The notes: generated by a model not told the origin, from the sequence alone. A stretch of DNA of 63,094 nt, filler included, from 7 parts of 7 records of this genome joined end to end with filler, not necessarily neighbours in it; one strand, 5' to 3'. Positions 18,173 to 29,093 are shown, numbered from the whole stretch's first letter. Program-made: numbers and translations.

Positions 18173-19540
18173 CTATTTTTCAATAAGTTTAAACGGTTTT
18201 TTCTTTATTTTTATCTTTCCAAAGTTTAATAAACCTTTGTTTACTGCTTCTGTTTTGATAGCTACAAATGATACAAAATCTAAAATCGTGATTGCACCTA
18301 TATAATCTTTATCCAGTCCCATTCCAGCAGTTAAAGCACCAAGAATATCACCTTTTCTTAGTTTGTGTCTTTTTCCACCTGTTATTAAAACTGTTTTATA
18401 ATCAACTTCAATTTTATATTCATCAAACTCATAATTGTTTATATCTTCAAACTCTATATCTGGAAACTTTTCATTTATAGGTTTTACTTTGTATTTTTCC
18501 TCTTCACTATAAAAAGTTATAGCTACGCCGCTTTTTTCACCTCTTGCTGTTCTTCCTATTCTGTGAGTGTGTATAGTTTCATCTCTTGCTATATTGTAGT
18601 TAATCACAAAATCTATATTGTTTATATCTATACCTCTTGAAACTATATCGGTAGCTATTAAAATAGGAACTGAACCATTTGAAAAATAGATAACTGTTTC
18701 ATCTCTTTCCTTTTGGTTTAAATCTGAGTGTAAAGTAAAAGACTCAACACCTTTATCCCATAAATCATCACACAAATCTTCACACATCTGTTTTGTGTTA
18801 CAAAATACTAATATGCTTTTCATTTTAAATGAAGAGATTAATCTAAGAAGAGAGTCTACTTTATCCTCTTCATTAACTTCAAAAAACTTTTGAGTTATTG
18901 ATTCTTTTTTATGCTCTTCATTGTTTTCTATAAACTTTGGTTCTTTTAAAAGCTTTTGAGATAACTCTTCAATATTTTTTTCATAAGTTGCAGAAAAAAG
19001 AAGTGTTTGTCTATCTTTTTGAATATACTCCTCTATTTTCAAAATATCTTCATAAAATCCCATATCAAGCATTTTATCAGCTTCATCTAAAACAAAATAC
19101 TCAACTTTTGATAAATCAATTTTAGTTTCATGAATATGTTGTAAAACTCTACCAACTGTACCAACAATGATATTAGCACCTATTTCTAAAGAAGCAACTT
19201 GAGGTTTAAAAGGTGTTCCTCCACAAAGTGTTAGAACTTTTACATTAGGAACATATCTTAGTACTTTTTTTATCTCTTCACTTATTTGGTTTGCCAACTC
19301 TCTAGTTGGAGCTAAAACTACACTTTGAATATCTAGGCTTCTGTTGTTTGCACTATTTGCTAAAGGTAGAGCAAAACATAGTGTTTTTCCTGAACCAGTT
19401 TTTGATTTTACTATTACATCTTTTTTATTTAGTATATCTTCTAAACATAAAGACTGAACAGTTGTCATCTCTTTGAAGTTTTGAGACTCTAAAGATTTAA
19501 GAATCTCTTGTTTTATATTTAGTTTATTAAACTCTTTGAT
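18173..19540 (-). CDS. dbpA: DEAD-box RNA helicase DbpA (probable non-canonical ATC start at 19540; first ATG at 19468)
   Basis: TGSGKT, PTRELA, DEAD, SAT, HRIGRTAR and C-terminal GGKRHKLRKGDILGAL. The Q-motif extends upstream of the ATG. Confidence 0.88.
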   Translation of the reverse strand: MKEFNKLNIKQEILKSLESQNFKEMTTVQSLCLEDILNKKDVIVKSKTGSGKTLCFALPLANSANNRSLDIQSVVLAPTRELANQISEEIKKVLRYVPNVKVLTLCGGTPFKPQVASLEIGANIIVGTVGRVLQHIHETKIDLSKVEYFVLDEADKMLDMGFYEDILKIEEYIQKDRQTLLFSATYEKNIEELSQKLLKEPKFIENNEEHKKESITQKFFEVNEEDKVDSLLRLISSFKMKSILVFCNTKQMCEDLCDDLWDKGVESFTLHSDLNQKERDETVIYFSNGSVPILIATDIVSRGIDINNIDFVINYNIARDETIHTHRIGRTARGEKSGVAITFYSEEEKYKVKPINEKFPDIEFEDINNYEFDEYKIEVDYKTVLITGGKRHKLRKGDILGALTAGMGLDKDYIGAITILDFVSFVAIKTEAVNKGLLNFGKIKIKKKPFKLIEK

Positions 19541-19555
19541 TTTATTTCCTATTTA

Positions 19556-21877
19556 TTATTTGAACTCTAAAGGAAGTGTTATTGTAAACTCAGCACCCTT
19601 ATAGTTTTCGCCATTATAACTAAAAGATACATTGTTTACATAAATTTTTCCATTCATATGTTTAGTTATAATCTCTTCACTCATATAAAGCCCTATTCCC
19701 GTACCTTCACTACTATGCTTTGTTGTGAAATATGGCTCAAAAATTCTACTTATGATATTTTCTTTTATTCCACCACCATTATCTTTTATTGTTAAGTAGT
19801 GTTTATTTTCATCTTTATAATTTTTTATAAAAATATATTTATCAGAATTCAACTTCAACAGTTGGTCTCTTGCATTATTCAATATATTGATAACAACTTG
19901 AATAAACTCATTTTCCAAGCCATATAACTCACACTCTTTTATATCTTCAATAATCTCTATTTCTCTATTTTTAAATTGTGGTTTTATCAAAGAAACAGTT
20001 TTCAATACAATATCAGAAATTTTAAAATATCTTTTTTCATTGCCTGGTTTAAAAAAGTTTCTAAAATCGTCAATTGTTTTTGATAAATATTGAGATGTAT
20101 CATTTATAACAGTCAAAGTTTCGTTAAATGTTGAGTCATCAAAAACACCCATCTCTTTTTGAAGTTTTGCTCCAGTTGCAACTGTACTTATTAGACTTAA
20201 TGGTTGTCTCCATTGGTGAGCAATATTTGATATCATCTCTCCCATTGCTGCCATTTTTGATTGTTGTTGTAAAATAATATCTTTCTCTAAAAGTTTTTTT
20301 TCTGCAACTTTTCTTTCAGTTACATCATTTATAATTCCCATTGATTTTAAAACTTTACCATCTTCACTGTAACTGTATTCACCTTTTACTTCTACATAAG
20401 TCAATGAATTATCAGGTTTTACTATTCGATGTTCTATAAAAAACTGTTTATATTTATTTAATTGAAGATGTTCTACATCTGAAACTTTTGATAAATCTTC
20501 TTTATGAAACATTTTTTTTAACTCTTCAAAAGGAAGTTCATTAACACTTTCATCAAAACCATAAATTCGTGCTGCTTCTTCAGAAAAAGTGATAATCTTA
20601 GTTTCATGATTATATTCCCAGTTTCCAATATGTGCAATTTTTTGTGCAGCATTTAGGATTTTCTCTGATTTTTTTAAATCATAGTTTTGATTTTTTAATT
20701 TCTGTTGCAATAAAATCTCTTTTGTTATATCAAATCTATAAGAAATAAACTCTATTATTCCCCCATCTTTACCTATAACTGGTGAAATTGTTACTATAAA
20801 ATAAAGTGTTTTACCATCTTTTGTTAGGTTTTTAATCTCTGATGAAAATGTTTTTTTATTTGTCACATATGAAAGAATCATATTATTAAAGTTTTCACTT
20901 GTTTCTGGATGAGAAATATATTTAAAACTCTTACCTAGAATCTCTTCTCTTTTATATCCTAGAAGTTTACAAAAAGCATCACTTACATAAGTAAAATTCC
21001 CATTGATATCAGTTTTTGTAACAATTGTACAGCGCTCTATGATATTTGTGTATTGTTTTAGATAATCCTCTGAATCTTTTAGCTTTTGTTTCTCTTTTTC
21101 AGCTTTGTTTTTAAACTTGTTAATTGTTTTTAATGTAAACTTATTTACTTTTAGTATGAAAAAAACTAATAATGCTAAAAAAAGAATTGTAATAAAAATA
21201 TATTCTTTTATCTCTTTTTGAGTATCGTTGTATAAGTTTCTTTCTACTTTTGATAAAATAGCTAAAGAATCATCTACGAAAAAACCTCTTGAGATAACCC
21301 AATTCCATTTATTTAAGATAAAAAAGCCTATTTTTTCACTCTCTTTTTTTGATTTAGGATGAATAAACGAATAGTTTAAATATGTTGAACCATATTTCAA
21401 TAACTTATTCTGAGATTCTTGAACAAATTTTTTCCCTGACAAATCTTTTCGATTCATATTTATAAATTTACCGTTTTCTACATAAGGATGAACAAGAACC
21501 TTTTCTACATAATCACCTTTTTCATTTTTCAAAATCTTAAAAACTACAAAATACTCTTTTGGATTTAATCTATTTAATTCTCTATAGTTATTTAAAATAT
21601 ACTCTTGCTGTTTCTCTTCACTTAAATTCAATCTTTCTACACTATTCATAAAAAGGGTATTTGTATTTAAAACTTGAGAACGAATCTCTTCTTTTTTAGC
21701 TTTTATAAATTTTGTATAAAGTTCTGTTTTTAATCTTTCATAAGTGTTGTATTTTGAAATAATAGTTGAAGAAGTTAAAGCAATAACAAAGACAAACAAA
21801 AAAAGCAGAGTAACAAATAAGTTTACTCTACCTATATTTTTTTCAGTGATTTTAAAAAAGGAGTTTTCAAATATCAA
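19556..21877 (-). CDS. Sensor histidine kinase (Cache-like periplasmic domain, two PAS, HisKA, HATPase)
   Basis: Two TM helices, PAS motifs, NIAHQWRQPL, GTGIGLY. Probable TTG start at 21877. Confidence 0.85.
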   Translation of the reverse strand: MIFENSFFKITEKNIGRVNLFVTLLFLFVFVIALTSSTIISKYNTYERLKTELYTKFIKAKKEEIRSQVLNTNTLFMNSVERLNLSEEKQQEYILNNYRELNRLNPKEYFVVFKILKNEKGDYVEKVLVHPYVENGKFINMNRKDLSGKKFVQESQNKLLKYGSTYLNYSFIHPKSKKESEKIGFFILNKWNWVISRGFFVDDSLAILSKVERNLYNDTQKEIKEYIFITILFLALLVFFILKVNKFTLKTINKFKNKAEKEKQKLKDSEDYLKQYTNIIERCTIVTKTDINGNFTYVSDAFCKLLGYKREEILGKSFKYISHPETSENFNNMILSYVTNKKTFSSEIKNLTKDGKTLYFIVTISPVIGKDGGIIEFISYRFDITKEILLQQKLKNQNYDLKKSEKILNAAQKIAHIGNWEYNHETKIITFSEEAARIYGFDESVNELPFEELKKMFHKEDLSKVSDVEHLQLNKYKQFFIEHRIVKPDNSLTYVEVKGEYSYSEDGKVLKSMGIINDVTERKVAEKKLLEKDIILQQQSKMAAMGEMISNIAHQWRQPLSLISTVATGAKLQKEMGVFDDSTFNETLTVINDTSQYLSKTIDDFRNFFKPGNEKRYFKISDIVLKTVSLIKPQFKNREIEIIEDIKECELYGLENEFIQVVINILNNARDQLLKLNSDKYIFIKNYKDENKHYLTIKDNGGGIKENIISRIFEPYFTTKHSSEGTGIGLYMSEEIITKHMNGKIYVNNVSFSYNGENYKGAEFTITLPLEFK

Positions 21878-21878
21878 A

Positions 21879-22409
21879 TTAAATCTTTTTAAAATAATAA
21901 GATACTGTAAATACAATAGCTAATATTATAGCAACTCCATAATATTTATATTCATCAGCATAAGTTAGTATTAATTCTCCCATCGTGTAACTTGCATATC
22001 CAACCACTAGTGACCAAACAACAGCTGCTAAGGCATTGTATACAGTAAATTTTCTAAATGAATACTTTGTTAATCCCATAGCTAAAGGAATTAATGTTTT
22101 AATTCCATAAATATATTTTTGTAAAAAAACAACTGGCGAACCATATCTTCTCATCCAAAGGTGAGCTAAAGCAACTTTCCTACCATATTTTTGCATTGTG
22201 TCTTTTGCATATTTTTTATTTGTTCGAGCCATATAAAAAAGGAATTGATCCCCAATAAAATTTGAAGTTCCTGCTACAATCATTGAAATAAAAAGATTTA
22301 AATCTCCTGTAAAAGACAAAACCCCTGCAACAACTAAACCAACAAAACCACCACCAAACGAATATAAAAAAAGGGCAATATAACCCCAATCTTTAATAAT
22401 ATCTTCCAA
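21879..22409 (-). CDS. DedA family membrane protein
   Basis: GDQFLFYMAR, KYIYGIKTLIPLAMG, hydrophobic helices. Confidence 0.88.
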   Translation of the reverse strand: MEDIIKDWGYIALFLYSFGGGFVGLVVAGVLSFTGDLNLFISMIVAGTSNFIGDQFLFYMARTNKKYAKDTMQKYGRKVALAHLWMRRYGSPVVFLQKYIYGIKTLIPLAMGLTKYSFRKFTVYNALAAVVWSLVVGYASYTMGELILTYADEYKYYGVAIILAIVFTVSYYFKKI

Positions 22410-22908
22410 TTTAACCCTTATAGTAATATATAGACTCTAAAAATTATTTTTTAGTAAAATTCATATTTACATATTTTTATTTATAATAAGTAATTCTATT
22501 TAATTATATTTAAAATATTTATTTTTAACATCAGTAATTATTTATATTATATTTTAAATTTTAAATATAAATTCATTATCTTAAAATAATTTATTATAAT
22601 CTAACCATATGAAAAATATGGTTGTTTTTATATGATATATGATTTTTTATAAAATTCTTTTGTGAAACATTTTAACTAAGATTTTTTTGTTATTAACTGA
22701 TTTCAAATATATTTTTTATATTTTTCATAATATTGTAAGAAAATCATTTTAATTCTTAACTTTAAAAATTCAGTTTTATACACTTTGTATATATGATATA
22801 AAACTTTTTTTAAATTTTACAAAATTTGTCAATTTTCTAAACACTTTCTTTACAATTCTTAAGATTAAATAATCTATACTGAGACTATTGATTAAAAAAA
22901 GGTTGAAA

Positions 22909-24138
22909 ATGTCCTTATTTCAGAGGTTTTGTGAACATTTTTATAAAGATCAAACAAAGACTATTTTTATAATTGATATACTTTATATGAAAGATATTAA
23001 TGCATTTTATGGTTTTAAGAATGGTGATTATATTCTAAACCAACTGCAAAAAATATTGAAAAATAAGATAAAAAAAGAGATTCAATTTTATCTAAATAAT
23101 AATGCTTGTATTAATATAAAAAATATCCATGTTGATGTGTTTACAATAACAATTTATAAAGCACTTGATAAGATTGATATCTTAGAAGTAAAAAACATTA
23201 TTTTTAATAATATTGTAAGTTCACAATTTAAACTTCATGGCTCAAAGATGACTATTGATATTGATGTTACAATTGGTTGTTCTAAAGGTTTAGATAATGA
23301 TTTATTAGTTTATGCAGAAAGAGCTTTACAAAATGCAAAAACTAACTATATACATTTTATGTATTATGATTCAAAACTTTATAAGAACCATTTTATAAAT
23401 GAAGAACTGTTAACAACTCTTCATAGAAATATTACTGAAAAAACTGTTGAACCGTTTTTTCAGGCAATACAAGATAATAAAACAGAAAAAGTAGTGAAAT
23501 ATGAAGCCTTAATGAGAATATATGACAAAGATGGAAATGTCATAATGCCAAATGCATTTATTGCAAAAGCCAGAAAATATAGGCTTTTTAATAAACTAAT
23601 GGAAATACTCATTGAAAAAGTCGTTGTATATATAAAAAAATATAAAATAGATGTAAGTATAAATCTAGACTATAGCGATATACTTAATCCAAATATGAAA
23701 AGACTAATAATTGATAAAATCAAAGACAACAATATAGGAAAACACCTTACAGTTGAGATTTTAGAGAGTAAAAAGATTAGCAACTACTATTTAGTAAATG
23801 ATTTTATCAATGATTTAAAAGCATACGATGTAAAAATTGCTATTGATGATTTTGGTAGTGGTTTTTCAAACTATGAGCATATTTTAAATATTAATACAGA
23901 TTATATTAAGCTAGATGGAAGTCTGATAAAAAAAATAGATGAAAATGTGTACTACAACTTATTGAAAAGTATTGTTCAGTTTTGTAAAGAGCAGGAGATT
24001 AAAGTTGTAGCAGAATTTGTAAGTGATTTAAAGATTTATAGATATGTAAACTCTTTAGATATTGATTATTCGCAAGGATACTACATAGGGAAACCAATGA
24101 CAATAGAAAATTTATTCGAGGATAAGCATGAAAGCTAA
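22909..24138 (+). CDS. EAL phosphodiesterase with degenerate GGDEF domain
   Basis: YEALMR, DDFGSGFS, IKLDG, QGY. HVDVF replaces GGDEF. ATG 22909 follows AAGG. Confidence 0.85.
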   Translation: MSLFQRFCEHFYKDQTKTIFIIDILYMKDINAFYGFKNGDYILNQLQKILKNKIKKEIQFYLNNNACINIKNIHVDVFTITIYKALDKIDILEVKNIIFNNIVSSQFKLHGSKMTIDIDVTIGCSKGLDNDLLVYAERALQNAKTNYIHFMYYDSKLYKNHFINEELLTTLHRNITEKTVEPFFQAIQDNKTEKVVKYEALMRIYDKDGNVIMPNAFIAKARKYRLFNKLMEILIEKVVVYIKKYKIDVSINLDYSDILNPNMKRLIIDKIKDNNIGKHLTVEILESKKISNYYLVNDFINDLKAYDVKIAIDDFGSGFSNYEHILNINTDYIKLDGSLIKKIDENVYYNLLKSIVQFCKEQEIKVVAEFVSDLKIYRYVNSLDIDYSQGYYIGKPMTIENLFEDKHES

Positions 24139-24928
24139 GTTAAAAAAGATTACTGACTTAACAATAAATGAGTTACTTATTCAAGAGATTATTCTTCCTT
24201 CAAGTTATCTACAATGTTTTGACAAACATGCAAAGCTAACTGATGTTGATTTAGAAAATGATCAATTTGAAAATGAGATAAACGATTTTTTACTTCAAGA
24301 GTTTAATCAAATCAATAACTATGTCGATGAAGCTACAAAAACTGTTGAGCAAGTTGCAAGTGCTACAAGAGATGCACAAGAAGCAATAAAAAATAAAGAT
24401 GAATCTGCATTAAAAATTTTGTACAAACAAATTGAAGAGCTTAAAAACGAACTTGATGATATGACTAATAACATATATAAAGACTATTTAACAAAATCAT
24501 ACAATAAAAAATGGTTGTATCATAAATGTTTAAGAGATAAAACATTTTTTAGGAAAAGTACTATTGTGACTTTAGTTGATATAATTGATTATAACTATAT
24601 AATAGAAAACTATAATAAGTTTATTGCTGATAACCTTTTAATTTTCATTTCTAAATATTTAGGTGAAAAGCTTAGAGAAGAAGGTTTTGACTTTAAATTA
24701 GTAAGATTTATTAATGACAAGTTTATACTTCTTTTCAATGAAAGTGACTCAGATCATATCAAATCATTTTTAAAATCGATTGCAAATATGCTAGTTGAGA
24801 CAACTTTGAAAAGTAACTCTGGAATATTAATTAGACCAAAAATCGATTTTACTTTAACTAAAGTATCAAGAAATGACTCTTTTCATGATACTTTAGAATA
24901 TCTTTTTAAACAAATTAAGAAAAACTAG
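24128..24928 (+). CDS. Coiled-coil plus degenerate GGDEF-domain protein
   Basis: DYLTKSYNK start of the GGDEF fold; RFINDKF replaces RxGGDEF. Confidence 0.7.
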   Translation: MKAKLKKITDLTINELLIQEIILPSSYLQCFDKHAKLTDVDLENDQFENEINDFLLQEFNQINNYVDEATKTVEQVASATRDAQEAIKNKDESALKILYKQIEELKNELDDMTNNIYKDYLTKSYNKKWLYHKCLRDKTFFRKSTIVTLVDIIDYNYIIENYNKFIADNLLIFISKYLGEKLREEGFDFKLVRFINDKFILLFNESDSDHIKSFLKSIANMLVETTLKSNSGILIRPKIDFTLTKVSRNDSFHDTLEYLFKQIKKN

Positions 24929-25829
24929 AATAAAACTTTTTTAGTTTTTCTTGTGCAGTTTGAATACTTATTTCTTCAAATTTTATTTTATGCCCTGCTT
25001 TCATCTGAGCTAGTTTAAAACAATCAATACTTAAAACAGAACCTATTTTAGGATACCCACCAATTGTTTGTCTTTCTTTTAGTAACACAATAGGTTGCCC
25101 ATCTTTTGGTATTTGTATCGCACCAAAAGCAATACCTTCTGATATAATTCCATCTTGCGTAGATTCAATCTTTTCACCACTTAATTTACACGCCATTCTA
25201 TTAAAATCAGGTGTAATTGTATAAATTGAGTTAAAAAACTTCTCTTTTTCTTCTTTTGAAAAAGTGTTTTCTTGATAAGATAAAACAACTCTTAGAGTAA
25301 GAGTATCTTCATAACTTGGAATATACTCTTTTTTTAATCTTTTAGAACCTATATTTTTATGTTCATTATAAGGTAAAAAATCAGAATTTTTTACTTGAGT
25401 TCCATTTAAACCACCAAGGTTTTCTTTTATAGTTGTTGAATAACTTCCTAACTCTTTTTTTATATCAAATCCATCTTTAACTGCTAAATAAACTCTTTGA
25501 CCATTTAATATCTTAGGAATTTCTAGAATATCATTTTTCTTTATATTGTGTGTTTGCCAAATCTTTTTTTCTAAACCATTTATTTTAAACTCACATCTTG
25601 CACCTGTAATACTTATTGTTGTATCAGCAGTAGCTTTTAGCTTTAGTCCAGCAAAAGCAATCTCAAGCATATTTGTGTTTGAAGAGTTATTAAGTAGTTT
25701 ATTTGCTTTTAATGCTGCAAATTCATCTAGAAAACCTGAACTTGCAACACCTAAATGCATAAAAGATTCTCGTCCTTTATCTTCAACAAGTGTAAATATA
25801 CCTGCTTTTATAACTTCAAATCCACTCAT
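24915..25829 (-). CDS. pxpC: 5-oxoprolinase subunit C
   Basis: GQRVYLAV, NRMACKL, GAIQIPKDGQPIVLL...QTIGGYPKI. Confidence 0.9.
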   Translation of the reverse strand: MSGFEVIKAGIFTLVEDKGRESFMHLGVASSGFLDEFAALKANKLLNNSSNTNMLEIAFAGLKLKATADTTISITGARCEFKINGLEKKIWQTHNIKKNDILEIPKILNGQRVYLAVKDGFDIKKELGSYSTTIKENLGGLNGTQVKNSDFLPYNEHKNIGSKRLKKEYIPSYEDTLTLRVVLSYQENTFSKEEKEKFFNSIYTITPDFNRMACKLSGEKIESTQDGIISEGIAFGAIQIPKDGQPIVLLKERQTIGGYPKIGSVLSIDCFKLAQMKAGHKIKFEEISIQTAQEKLKKFYSSFS

Positions 25830-26503
25830 ATAACTCCTCCTTGTGAAAGGAACTCTTCTTTTGAGATAGGATTAAATTTTATCTTTGACTCAATAGTGAT
25901 TGGTGACAGACTTTCTAAAGTTTTATCAAAAAGCTCAAATGCTGTCCTTCCTAAAATATTCCATCCTCCCGGACTCTCTTTGGGATAGATTGCTGTTTGT
26001 GTATCAGCAATAGCAACACTACCTTTTGGTATTTTTTTTCTTGGAGTTTCAAGTCTTGATGTCTTTATTTTTTCATCTATTGAAGCTAAGTATGCAAACC
26101 CTGGCAAAAACCCAATTGCATAAACATCATATATTTTAGAACTATGAAGTTCTATAACTTCTTTGATTGATAGATTAGATTTAGTGGCAACTCTTTGTAA
26201 GTCTAAACCAACCTCTTCGTCATAATAAACATCAATAGTTACTATTTTTGAATCATCCTCGTTGTATTTTGGTAAAGAAGATAGAGTATTTTCAATAAAC
26301 TCTTTTATTGTTTCATAATCATAAATAAAAATATCATATGTTATTAAAATAGAAGTATAAGAGGGTATAATCTCTATTAGACCTTTATTCTTATACTCAT
26401 TTAAAACTTTATATGCAGCTTTTACTTCTAAAGAACACTCTTTTGAAATCGTGTCATTAAAATATATAATTACAGAATCAACAGATGCTATTTCAATCTT
26501 CAT
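25826..26503 (-). CDS. pxpB: 5-oxoprolinase subunit B
   Basis: IGFLPGFAYL, GSVAIA, YPKESPGGWNILGRT. Confidence 0.92.
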   Translation of the reverse strand: MKIEIASVDSVIIYFNDTISKECSLEVKAAYKVLNEYKNKGLIEIIPSYTSILITYDIFIYDYETIKEFIENTLSSLPKYNEDDSKIVTIDVYYDEEVGLDLQRVATKSNLSIKEVIELHSSKIYDVYAIGFLPGFAYLASIDEKIKTSRLETPRKKIPKGSVAIADTQTAIYPKESPGGWNILGRTAFELFDKTLESLSPITIESKIKFNPISKEEFLSQGGVI

Positions 26504-27249
26504 TATGAAATCACTTTGTTTAGTGCTTTTACGAATGATAAAGCATTTTCTCCATCACCATGAACACAAATAGTATCTGCTTTTAAATATAGTTTTTGAC
26601 CACTAACACTCTCTAAATATCCAAAATCTTTCAATACTTGAACCCTTTGCATAACATCAAGTTCATCGTGAATAACAGCATTTGGAAGAACTCTTGATAC
26701 TAAAGAGCCATCATCATTATAATTTCTATCTGCAAACACTTCATATATCAAAGAGATACCATAAAGTTTTGCAGTGTATTCAAATGCTTCATTTTGGGGA
26801 GTTGATAAAATCATCAGTTTTATATTCTTGTCAAAAGAAGAGATTGCACTTAGGATTGCTTTAAAAATATTTGGTTCTTTCATCATATCATTATATAAAG
26901 CCCCATGTGGTTTTACATAAGAAACTGTAGTTCCATGAGTTTTACAAAAAGCACTTAAAGCTCCTAATTGATATAAAACTATAGATTTAATCTCTTCTAA
27001 GGTACAAACCATACTTCTTCTACCAAAACCAACTAAGTCTTGATAAGCAGGATGTGCACCAATTGTTACATTATATTTTTTTGCTAACTCAACTGATTTA
27101 TTCATAGTAAGGGCATCTGAAGCATGGAAACCACAAGCAAGATTTGCTAAAGAGATATAAGGCATAATCTCTTCATCTGCTCCCATTTTCCAAATTCCAA
27201 AGCTTTCACCCATATCGCAATTTAATCTAATCATTTCATTACCTTGCAT
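26503..27249 (-). CDS. pxpA: 5-oxoprolinase subunit A (LamB/YcsF)
   Basis: LNCDMGESFG, ANLACGFHA, VKPHGALYN, EVFADRNY, CVHGD. Confidence 0.93.
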   Translation of the reverse strand: MQGNEMIRLNCDMGESFGIWKMGADEEIMPYISLANLACGFHASDALTMNKSVELAKKYNVTIGAHPAYQDLVGFGRRSMVCTLEEIKSIVLYQLGALSAFCKTHGTTVSYVKPHGALYNDMMKEPNIFKAILSAISSFDKNIKLMILSTPQNEAFEYTAKLYGISLIYEVFADRNYNDDGSLVSRVLPNAVIHDELDVMQRVQVLKDFGYLESVSGQKLYLKADTICVHGDGENALSFVKALNKVIS

Positions 27250-27278
27250 TAATATATCCTTTATTTTACCATATACTA

Positions 27279-28613
27279 TTATTTAATCATCTGATTTGGT
27301 AGAAAATGAACAATCTCAGGGAAGAAAGTAATCAACATAACTGTAATAATCATCATAACAAAAAATGGGAAAGTAGCTTTTAATATAACTTCTATTTTCT
27401 CATACGAGATACTTTGTATCACAAAAAGTGAGAACCCAACAGGAGGTGTTATTTGTGCCATTTCAACCATAAATACTAAAAAGACACCAAACCAAAGTGG
27501 GTCAAATCCTGCTAAAACTACAATTGGTAAAACAATAGGTAAAGTCATAACAACAATAGAGATACCTTCTAGAATCATTCCTAAAACAATATACATCAAC
27601 CCAATCAGTAAAATAAGCATCAATGGACTTAGCCCAAGTCCTGTAATAAACTCACTCATTGCTCTTGCAATCCCTAAAAATCCTATAACTTGCGAAAGAA
27701 AAACTGCACCAGCAATAATAAAACTTATCATTGATGAAGTCTTGATAGTATTAAAAATAGCAGTTTTAAATACTTCAAAGTTAAAACTCTTGAAATATAT
27801 TGCTAAAATAATTGAACCCAATACACCTAAAGCTGCAGCTTCAGTTGGAGTTGCAATTCCACCATAAATAGAACCTAAAATAACTGTGATTAAAGATAAA
27901 ATTGGTGCTAAATCTTTTATTGAGTCTATTTTTTGTTTTAATGTAAAAGTCTCTTTAACCTCTGGCTCTACACTTTTATCTATTTTTGATACAACCATAA
28001 TATATATAGAATAAAAAGTAGCAAGCATAAGACCTGGTAAAATCCCTGCAATAAAAAGTTTACCAATTGAAGTATCAGCTAAAACACCATAAATAATCAT
28101 AATCAATGAAGGTGGAATCAAAAACCCTAAAGTTCCAGCTCCTGCTAAAGAACCCATTGCAATAGATTTTGAATATCCTCTTTTTTCTAACTCATCAAGT
28201 GTTATTTTCCCAACTGTTGCTGTTGTAGCTGCACTTGAACCTGATACAGCTGCAAATAGTGAACATGCTGCAACATTTACATGAAGTAAACCTCCAGGTA
28301 TATAGTTTAACCAAGGTTTTAAACCATTTAATAGTCTTGTTGATATAGAAGACTTATATAAAATTTCACCCATTAGAATAAACATAGGCAAAGCAGCTAA
28401 AGACCAAGAGTTTAAAGCATCATATAATGATGAAGCCAATAAATCCCCTATTTTGTCATAAACACTAATAACAGGAGGTAGATTGTGGTCAAATAAAAGC
28501 ATTCCAATAATACCTGTAAGGATTAAAGAAACACCAATCCAAATAGATGATAAAAGAAGTGCAAACATCACTACTAAAATAACTACTGATAAAACCAATG
28601 GATCACTAATCAT
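27279..28613 (-). CDS. dctM: TRAP transporter large permease
   Basis: FAAVSGSSAAT, GTLGFLIPPS, ITPPVG. Confidence 0.92.
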   Translation of the reverse strand: MISDPLVLSVVILVVMFALLLSSIWIGVSLILTGIIGMLLFDHNLPPVISVYDKIGDLLASSLYDALNSWSLAALPMFILMGEILYKSSISTRLLNGLKPWLNYIPGGLLHVNVAACSLFAAVSGSSAATTATVGKITLDELEKRGYSKSIAMGSLAGAGTLGFLIPPSLIMIIYGVLADTSIGKLFIAGILPGLMLATFYSIYIMVVSKIDKSVEPEVKETFTLKQKIDSIKDLAPILSLITVILGSIYGGIATPTEAAALGVLGSIILAIYFKSFNFEVFKTAIFNTIKTSSMISFIIAGAVFLSQVIGFLGIARAMSEFITGLGLSPLMLILLIGLMYIVLGMILEGISIVVMTLPIVLPIVVLAGFDPLWFGVFLVFMVEMAQITPPVGFSLFVIQSISYEKIEVILKATFPFFVMMIITVMLITFFPEIVHFLPNQMIK

Positions 28614-29088
28614 TTCTAAATCCTTTTAATAAAAATGCAATTGTTGCTAAAATAAAAAGTGAAACTCCAATAGGCATTACAATTTGAGTTAAATATAATG
28701 GTGTTTCTGAAACAGCTTCAGATAACATCTCTAAGTCATATGAGTCATAAGTAAAAAGTATTGTTCTATATAAAATAAAAGATAAAACAGCTAAAGTGAT
28801 TAAAGCTGCAACTTTATCGATAATAGAATTTGACTTTTTGTTCAGTCTTGAAGTTACGATATTGATTCTGATATGTCCATCTTTTAAAAATGTGTATGCC
28901 AACCCTAAAAAGATTGAAGCTAAATACAAATATCCACTATATTCATCTGCAATCATTGTAGATGTATCAAAGAAATATCTCAAAAATATTTCAGTTAATA
29001 TTAGTAAAACTAAACCAATTAAAAGTAATCCAGAAAGATAGGCTCCTATGTTGCAAAGCCTATCTGTAATATTTAGAAAAAATTTCAT
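28606..29088 (-). CDS. dctQ: TRAP transporter small permease
   Basis: Four TM helices, GHIRI motif, located between dctP and dctM. Confidence 0.9.
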   Translation of the reverse strand: MKFFLNITDRLCNIGAYLSGLLLIGLVLLILTEIFLRYFFDTSTMIADEYSGYLYLASIFLGLAYTFLKDGHIRINIVTSRLNKKSNSIIDKVAALITLAVLSFILYRTILFTYDSYDLEMLSEAVSETPLYLTQIVMPIGVSLFILATIAFLLKGFRND

Positions 29089-29093
29089 AAAGA

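Noticed and set aside
22410-22908. Replication origin
   Set aside because: AT-rich, but no DnaA-box cluster and no dnaA or rep gene context.
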